Assembly (NCBI GenBank): GCA_018825985.1
Contig: JAHKAP010000047.1
Coordinates: 2,719-66,718 of the forward strand
Source: Candidatus Omnitrophota bacterium
GTDB lineage: Bacteria; Omnitrophota; Gorgyraeia; Gygaellales; Profunditerraquicolaceae
DNA: 64,000 bases
Direction of reading: 5' to 3'
Each line of letters opens with the position of its first letter. Position 1 is the stretch's first letter. Below are positions 57,975-64,000 of this stretch, piece by piece. Under the pieces are notes generated by a model. It worked only from the letters and a program-made list of their open reading frames with translations. It did not search any database and was not told where the DNA came from. Made by a program: the position numbers and the translations under genes.

Positions 57975-58218
57975 GCAAATTTTAAAAAAATACTTGACAA
58001 ATATGAAGGTATATGTTAAAAAAGAGAAAATGCAGCAGAGTTCATATACCGTAGAGGCTGATTAACTTAAGGCGAAGGAGGAGGTGAGCAGGCTTAAGAG
58101 TCAGAAGTCAGCTAAAGACGGTAAAAAGTAGATGTGAAAATCACCTGGAGGCTCAAAGCCCCAGTTAGAAATAGAAACGGCATACTTCTAATAAAAATAA
58201 ACAAAGGAGGAAAAAGAA

Positions 58219-59595
58219 ATGAGTAAACGTTTAATCTTAGTGTTAACGTTGGCTTTTGTGGTTGGCATCACTTTTGGTGCTTACGCAGAAGTTCAGAATG
58301 TCAAGGTAGGCGGTGAAATTTTGATGCAGGCATTGCACCAGAAGAATTTTGGTTTAAGCCAAAGCACTACCATGGGTGATAAGGAAAATGATACCAGTAA
58401 CCGTTTAATAACGCACGTGCAGATTAATGTGAGTGCGGATTTAACTGATAACGTTGGCGTGGTAGTAAAATTATTAAATGAAAGGGCCTGGGGCTTAGAG
58501 AGAATCCCGACCGACACTAACGGCGATGTCAGCAGCACTTCCATTGATTTGGATTTAGCTTATGTAACCTTAAAAGAGTTTCTTTATTCGCCTTTAACTT
58601 TAAAGATCGGCCGTCAAGCAGTAAAGTTTGGCAATGGTCTGGTTATTGGTTCTGGCACATCAGCAACAAATTTAGCTAGTGGTGACACAGCTAGGGCCAC
58701 CAATTATGCTAACGGTGTTCCCAAAGATCAGCGTTTAAGAAAATCTATGGATGCCATGCGGGCAACCTTAGACTATGATCCTTTGACAGTTGATTTATTG
58801 TATGCCAAGATAGAAGAGGGCCCTAACACTGATCGTAATGACAACGTTGATGTATACGGAATCAACGCTGCTTATAAGTTCAACAAAAAGGCATCAGTTC
58901 AGGGCTACGTATTCAGCAAGGTTGATGGCAAAACAGCAGAGGCCATTACTGGTGCTGCTCCCCGAAAAGGTAGCCAACAAATTCATACTATAGGTATTTT
59001 AGGTTATCTTGCGCCTATAGCTAACCTTAAAACATCCTTAGAATTAGCTGGCCAGCTTGGGAATCGTACTCCGACCTCTACTGATACCGCATCAAAACGC
59101 AGGGCTTACGCGATCCAGGCTATGGCAGACTATACATTTAAGGGTAAAAAGTTTGATCCGGCACTCGGAGCAACTTTTACATATTTGTCAGGTGATAATC
59201 AGAGAAACGATGAATACTATCGCAATTGGGATACAATGCAAGAAGGACAGGCACCTAACATATTTACCAACCATTTTTCAATGACTAGTTGTGTAGTAAC
59301 GAATCTTAGAGGTAAAATGAAGCCCGTGGATGATGTTACTTTGAGCGCTAACTATGGTTATTATCACTTCCCGGCTAAATTAAATGAGGTTGGTTTAAGT
59401 AACGCTTATAGCGCTCAAACATTGACTATGACCAAAAGCAAAGACGGCGGAAGCGCGCTGGATCTGTTCGCTAAATACGACTACACCGAAGATGTGCAGA
59501 TTGGTTTGGATATCGGCACATTCTTCCCTGGCAAGGCATTTTCAGATGCCAGAAGCGCAGTTTCGGTAATGCCATATCTAAAGGTAACCTTCTAA
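58219..59595 (+). CDS. Outer-membrane beta-barrel (alginate-export-like)
   Basis: Signal peptide, DLAYVTLKEF..LKIGRQ, C-terminal YLKVTF; strong SD AAGGAGG. Confidence 0.78.
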   Translation: MSKRLILVLTLAFVVGITFGAYAEVQNVKVGGEILMQALHQKNFGLSQSTTMGDKENDTSNRLITHVQINVSADLTDNVGVVVKLLNERAWGLERIPTDTNGDVSSTSIDLDLAYVTLKEFLYSPLTLKIGRQAVKFGNGLVIGSGTSATNLASGDTARATNYANGVPKDQRLRKSMDAMRATLDYDPLTVDLLYAKIEEGPNTDRNDNVDVYGINAAYKFNKKASVQGYVFSKVDGKTAEAITGAAPRKGSQQIHTIGILGYLAPIANLKTSLELAGQLGNRTPTSTDTASKRRAYAIQAMADYTFKGKKFDPALGATFTYLSGDNQRNDEYYRNWDTMQEGQAPNIFTNHFSMTSCVVTNLRGKMKPVDDVTLSANYGYYHFPAKLNEVGLSNAYSAQTLTMTKSKDGGSALDLFAKYDYTEDVQIGLDIGTFFPGKAFSDARSAVSVMPYLKVTF

Positions 59596-59613
59596 TAAAG
59601 ATTCAATGTAAGC

Positions 59614-59650
59614 AAAAACCCCTGGGGGAGAAATTCCCCAGGGGTTTTTT
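59614..59650 (+). terminator. Intrinsic terminator
   Basis: AAAAACCCCTGGGG..CCCCAGGGGTTTTTT. Confidence 0.85.
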
Positions 59651-59668
59651 GTTGCCGAAAGTAATATA

Positions 59669-61228
59669 ATGTTAAATCTCGCTTTCATCTTTCACATGCA
59701 TCAGCCGTATTACAAAAATCTCCTGACTAAGGTTGCGGATGTGCCCTGGGTGCGTTTACATGGCTCTAAGGATTATTTGGATATGGTTTTGATGCTAAAA
59801 AATTATCCCAAGATAAACCTTGTTTTCAATTTGGTTCCTTCTTTAATAGAGCAGACCGAAGATTATCTTAGCGGCAATGTTAAAGATAAATTCCTGGAGC
59901 TTAGCCTTAAGCCGGCATTAGAATTGGCATCTGCAGAAAAAGAGTTCCTATTAAATAATTTTTTCAGCATAAATCCGGATAAGGTTATATCTATTTTTCC
60001 CAGGTATTATCAGCTTTACTTAAAAAAGCAATCCGGGGATGATTTTAGTGTCCAGGATTTTCTGGATTTGCAGGTTTGGTTTAATTTAGCCTGGATTGAT
60101 CCTTATTTCCGCAGAGAAATGCCGGAATTAAAAAAAATAGAAGGGAAGGGGCGGTTTTTCAAGGAAGAAGAAAAAAGGATAGTGTTAGAAAAACAGCTGG
60201 AGATCTTAAAAGGGATTATCCCTGCTTATAAGGAGTATGGACTTAAAGGCCAGATTGAGGTGACAATGAGCCCTTATTATCATCCGATCCTACCTTTGCT
60301 TTCTAATACTAATATCGCTAAAGAAGCCAATAGTAAAACCGTATTGCCCAAGGTTAATTTTTCATATATCCAGGATGCCTTGGCCCAGATTGATGAGTCG
60401 GTAAAATTTTACCGGCAAAGGTTTGGCTTAAAGCTGAATGGGATGTGGCCGTCTGAGGAGGCGGTGAGCGAGCATATCCTGCCTTTGTTTATTAAATCCG
60501 GCATCAACTGGATCGTGGCTGATGAGGGAGTCTTGTTCAGGTCCTTAAAAAGCAAAAAAAGAAATACCCGCCTTTTGTATCAGCCCCATGTATTAAAAAG
60601 AAAAGACGGGTATTTAAATATAGTTTTCCGGGACCGTAATCTTTCAGACCTCATAGGTTTTGTTTATCAGGCCTGGAAAGCGGAAGACGCGGTTAAGGAT
60701 TTTATTACTCACCTGGAAAATATTAACCGATCGCTAATGAATGAGGATATTTTAGTGGTTATAGCTATGGACGGTGAAAATGCCTGGGAGTATTATAAAA
60801 ATGACGGCCATGATTTTCTGGAGTTACTTTATCAGCGTTTGTCCGAATCAGAAAGTATAAAGACCGTTACTATAAGCGATTATTTAAATGATCATCCAGC
60901 AAAACATCAGATCCCTAGGCTTGCCGCGGGTTCCTGGATTTATACTGAATTCGGTAAATGGATCGGCAATCCTTATAAAGTAAAAGCCTGGGAGTGGCTG
61001 GCTCTGGCCAGGAAGGAATTAGAGGCGAGCATTAATTCCGGCGCGAACATTGATTTAGGCCTGGTTTTAAAACAAATGTATATTTTAGAGGGGAGCGACT
61101 GGTTCTGGTGGTTCGGCGAAGATTATCCCGGTTATTTTGATTCTTTGTTTCGTATGCATATGACGAATTTTTATACACTGCTCAAGAAGGAAATTCCTGA
61201 ATATTTAAGTAAGCCTTTAACTCCTTGA
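59669..61228 (+). CDS. Glycoside hydrolase family 57 (amylopullulanase-like)
   Basis: HMHQP, WVRLH, PYYHPILPLL, WPSE, DGENAWEYY and EGSDWFWW. Confidence 0.9.
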   Translation: MLNLAFIFHMHQPYYKNLLTKVADVPWVRLHGSKDYLDMVLMLKNYPKINLVFNLVPSLIEQTEDYLSGNVKDKFLELSLKPALELASAEKEFLLNNFFSINPDKVISIFPRYYQLYLKKQSGDDFSVQDFLDLQVWFNLAWIDPYFRREMPELKKIEGKGRFFKEEEKRIVLEKQLEILKGIIPAYKEYGLKGQIEVTMSPYYHPILPLLSNTNIAKEANSKTVLPKVNFSYIQDALAQIDESVKFYRQRFGLKLNGMWPSEEAVSEHILPLFIKSGINWIVADEGVLFRSLKSKKRNTRLLYQPHVLKRKDGYLNIVFRDRNLSDLIGFVYQAWKAEDAVKDFITHLENINRSLMNEDILVVIAMDGENAWEYYKNDGHDFLELLYQRLSESESIKTVTISDYLNDHPAKHQIPRLAAGSWIYTEFGKWIGNPYKVKAWEWLALARKELEASINSGANIDLGLVLKQMYILEGSDWFWWFGEDYPGYFDSLFRMHMTNFYTLLKKEIPEYLSKPLTP

Positions 61229-61254
61229 CAGATAAGGGGTTTGTATGCTATACT
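61225..61254 (+). promoter_or_regulatory. Sigma-70 promoter
   Basis: TTGACA-18 bp-TATACT with TGn. Confidence 0.5.
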
Positions 61255-61262
61255 TTTACGAT

Positions 61263-61832
61263 ATGGAGAAGACCGATATATACGAACATTTGGCCCATAT
61301 TTATTTAGATACTCCCCTTCGTAAGAAAAATCAACTTAAAAATCAGCCGCCGCAGGTATCTAAAAAATATTTATATATCAGCCTGGCTATTATCGCCTGT
61401 CTGGCTATATTGCTATCGATCGCTCTCCAGATCAAACGCAAGCCTTTAACGACCCAGAATTCATCGGTACTCCAGCCTGATGTAATAAAAATAAATTATC
61501 ATTTCAATACCGGTAAGAAAGAAGTATACTCTTTGAACCTGAAGAAAGCGGACCTTTCTAAATTTAAGCAATTGGCATTTTTCTTAAAAAAGGCTAATAA
61601 TCGGGATACTATTTCTATACGGGTTGAGTTCGCTAACGCTTTTAAGGAAAAAGGCGAGATTTACATAAAGGATGTAGCCAAGAATTGGAAATTATACAAA
61701 TTGGACCTGGCTGATTTCAAGGGGATCACTGATTGGACCGAGATTTTGGAATTGTCTTTTATTATCGAGGAATGGAATGCGCAGGATAAGGACGGCGCTG
61801 TCTACATAGAAAGTGTAACTTTATTTAGATAG
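61263..61832 (+). CDS. Single-TM protein with a CBM11/CIA30-like beta-sandwich domain
   Basis: TM segment, then DLSKFKQLAFFLK..W....L.DF..ITDW..I.EL.F..G.VYIE. Confidence 0.6.
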   Translation: MEKTDIYEHLAHIYLDTPLRKKNQLKNQPPQVSKKYLYISLAIIACLAILLSIALQIKRKPLTTQNSSVLQPDVIKINYHFNTGKKEVYSLNLKKADLSKFKQLAFFLKKANNRDTISIRVEFANAFKEKGEIYIKDVAKNWKLYKLDLADFKGITDWTEILELSFIIEEWNAQDKDGAVYIESVTLFR

Positions 61833-61842
61833 GAGGGAGGCA

Positions 61843-62934
61843 ATGCGGATTATATCCATTACTAATCAAAAAGGCGGGTGCGGCAAGACTACCACTGCGG
61901 TAAACCTGGCTGCGTCATTGGCCAATAACGGCAAGAAAGTGTTATTGATAGACCTGGACCCCCAGTCACATGCCACTGCCGGTTTAAACATTGAATCCTC
62001 TTTAAGTATTTATAATGTCCTCTCCAAATTAACCAATAAGAAGGCCGGGTTTGAAGATATCATTCAAAACCTGGGGCCGAATCTGGATATCGCTCCCTCA
62101 AGCATTGTTTTAAGCACGTTAGAACAGGAATTAGCTTATGAGATCGGTAGGGAATCCCGCTTAATCGATACCTTGAGTGCTTTTAAGGGTAATTATGATT
62201 ATTGCTTAATTGATTGCCCTCCGAATCTAGGAATATTAACGGTTAACGCGCTCAGGGCGACTGACGAGATTATCATTCCTGTGGAAGCCAGCCGTTTTTC
62301 CCTGGAAGGCTTAAAGCAGTTGATCAGTATAATTGATCTGGTAAAAGATAGATTAAATCACGTGGTTGAATACCGGGTGCTGGTGGCTAACTTTGATTCC
62401 AGGCTTAGGCATTCTTTCATAATGCTGGAGCGGATCAAGTCGGCTTTCGGATCCAGGATGTTCGGAACTATTATCCATGTTAATGTTAAATTAAAAGAAG
62501 CCCAGAACCAGGGGACCCATATCTTTAAATACGATAAGTATTGCCGGGGCGCCAAAGATTATTACAGTTTATCCAGGGAGATCATTACCCAGGATAAGGC
62601 TACGGGTCATGAAGTTACGATGTCACAGATCAAAGAAAAAATGGCCGAGGCCATAAAAGAAAATTTGCCCGGATTAACCGAAGTGGTGTTTTCTTTGGCT
62701 GCTAAGGATGCCAAAGAGATCTATGTGGTAGGCGATTTTAATGATTGGAAGATCGATGATAACAGCCGGATGCTCGAACATGACGGCACCTGGACCAAAA
62801 GCTTAAGTTTGTTATCCGGAAATTACCGTTACCGTTTTGTAATGGATGGTAAATGGACCGATGACCCCAATAATTCGAACCGGGCCATGAATCCTTATGG
62901 ACAGATGGATTCTTTATTGGAAGTCAAAGGTTAA
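61843..62934 (+). CDS. ParA/Soj-family ATPase fused to a C-terminal CBM48/AMPK-beta-type glycogen-binding domain
   Basis: NQKGGCGKTTT, DLDPQ and IDCPPNLG; C-terminal VVGDFNDW..W...L.L..G.YRYRFVMDGKW..DPNN. Confidence 0.88.
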   Translation: MRIISITNQKGGCGKTTTAVNLAASLANNGKKVLLIDLDPQSHATAGLNIESSLSIYNVLSKLTNKKAGFEDIIQNLGPNLDIAPSSIVLSTLEQELAYEIGRESRLIDTLSAFKGNYDYCLIDCPPNLGILTVNALRATDEIIIPVEASRFSLEGLKQLISIIDLVKDRLNHVVEYRVLVANFDSRLRHSFIMLERIKSAFGSRMFGTIIHVNVKLKEAQNQGTHIFKYDKYCRGAKDYYSLSREIITQDKATGHEVTMSQIKEKMAEAIKENLPGLTEVVFSLAAKDAKEIYVVGDFNDWKIDDNSRMLEHDGTWTKSLSLLSGNYRYRFVMDGKWTDDPNNSNRAMNPYGQMDSLLEVKG

Positions 62935-62944
62935 GGAGGTAAAA

Positions 62945-63370
62945 ATGCCCCTTAAAAAAAGTAATAAAAAACAGGTAAAGAAGATAGTTAAGAAAAAAAT
63001 TATCAGAAAAAAGCCGGCGAAAAAAGCGATAAAGAAATTATCCAGAAAACCGGTAAAAAAGCCGGCAAATAAAAAAGTAATTAAGAAGAAGGTTTTTAAA
63101 AAGAAATCAGTGCCGGGTTTGGAGAAAGGGAAGATTTTGGGTGAGATAACCCATTATTTTCCTAAAGTCAGAGCTGGCGTTATCAAATTAAAAGCGCCGC
63201 TTAAATCCGGGGAGAAGGTCAGAATTAAGGGCCATACCACTGATTTTAAGCAGGTAATAGTTTCGATGCAGATTGACCGGGTTACTATTCAGGAAGCCAA
63301 AAAGGGAGATGAAATCGGCATTTTAGTCAACTCCCGGGTCCGCAAAAAAGACACCGTCTATAAGGTTTAG
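62945..63370 (+). CDS. Lys-rich N-terminal region + translation-factor-type beta-barrel domain
   Basis: KKPAKK-type repeats; GEITHYFPK..IKGHTTDF.Q...SMQI..AKKGDEIGI..RVRKKD. Confidence 0.75.
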   Translation: MPLKKSNKKQVKKIVKKKIIRKKPAKKAIKKLSRKPVKKPANKKVIKKKVFKKKSVPGLEKGKILGEITHYFPKVRAGVIKLKAPLKSGEKVRIKGHTTDFKQVIVSMQIDRVTIQEAKKGDEIGILVNSRVRKKDTVYKV

Positions 63371-63374
63371 AACC

Positions 63375-63420
63375 CCCTATGGGTCACCCTAGGGGTCATC
63401 ACCCTAGGGGTCAGGTCCCT
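63375..63420. repeat. Triplicated REP-like end next to the second RAYT (family D)
   Basis: CCCTATGGGTCA, CCCTAGGGGTCA, CCCTAGGGGTCAGGTCCCT, ending 10 bp from the RAYT stop. Confidence 0.7.
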
Positions 63421-63430
63421 TTCACGCAAC

Positions 63431-64000
63431 CTAACTATAATCAATAGGTTGCAACAAGTCACTTTGCACTTCTTCGTTCTGATGGGTACAATCTATCTTT
63501 TTTTTAATATTCTCATTGATTATCGTCTTTAAATAAAATTGTTGTCTTATTATAATACTGCTTCCTAATTCAATATAGTAAGGATCTATATCTACTAGTT
63601 TATCTGCTACTCCCAATACATATACCCTATAACTTGAGAATGGGTATGCTTCAGGCTTACTAATCAATCTAGCCCTTACAGGATTAAGCTCGATATACTT
63701 TCCACACTGCAAATAGTAGGCCTCGTCGTCAATAACCTTACTCTTAAACCGCCCTTGCCATAGATGCCCTACGCATTGATGTCGCTTCTTAAAATAGTAA
63801 TAATAGGTAAGGCTGAGCCTTTGTATAAACTTAGCTAAATCGCTATTGTCATCTACTCCTACCATAAAGTGGAAATGATTGGGCATTAGAGCATAATGAT
63901 AAATCTTGACCTTTTCTGTCTGTTTAAATAGCAGCGCCATCTTCCAGAATAACTTATAGTCCTTGGGTCGGAAGAACAGTTTTCGTTTATTATTACCTCG
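63431..64000 (-). CDS. rayT: Second REP-associated tyrosine transposase, 5' end outside window
   Basis: Frame open to the window edge (RGNNKRK); YALMPNHFHF, HLWQGRFKS, YIELNPVRA and YPFSSY. Confidence 0.85.
   Translation of the reverse strand, partial: RGNNKRKLFFRPKDYKLFWKMALLFKQTEKVKIYHYALMPNHFHFMVGVDDNSDLAKFIQRLSLTYYYYFKKRHQCVGHLWQGRFKSKVIDDEAYYLQCGKYIELNPVRARLISKPEAYPFSSYRVYVLGVADKLVDIDPYYIELGSSIIIRQQFYLKTIINENIKKKIDCTHQNEEVQSDLLQPIDYS

Noticed and set aside
305-62555. Many short antisense or alternate-frame ORFs in the track
   Set aside because: They lie within well-supported genes and show no recognisable motifs

Overview
Bacterial chromosomal window, almost all genes on the + strand, mostly housekeeping: AmmeMemoRadiSam genes, rsmE, mtaB, rpsU, aroQ-pepP-efp-accBC, pfkA, gmhA, thiEC, aroB, guaB3-guaA, dnaE, hisS-aspS, phoH-ybeY-recO, panE/panB, glyS, ppdK, a sigma-70 factor, apt and two tRNAs. 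A PVC-superphylum signature small basic protein is present; Candidatus Omnitrophota is my inference for the host. The most unusual content is intergenic. (1) Two REP-associated tyrosine (HUH/Y1) transposases (RAYT) are present. The first sits between the two arms of an inverted repeat (GGGGTCAGAATTATTTTT) that also occurs as 7 empty hairpin copies across the window, several with stuttered ends. (2) Several other small palindromic families occur: a ~73-bp element that sits at start codons and carries its own SD, and TCC(C)G..C(G)GGA elements that have twice interrupted a duplicate tRNA-Gly. (3) Near the right end is a candidate glycogen-positioning locus: GH57, a membrane-anchored CBM-like protein, and a ParA ATPase fused to a CBM48/AMPK-type glycogen-binding domain. 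All calls are by eye from sequence motifs; no database searches were run.
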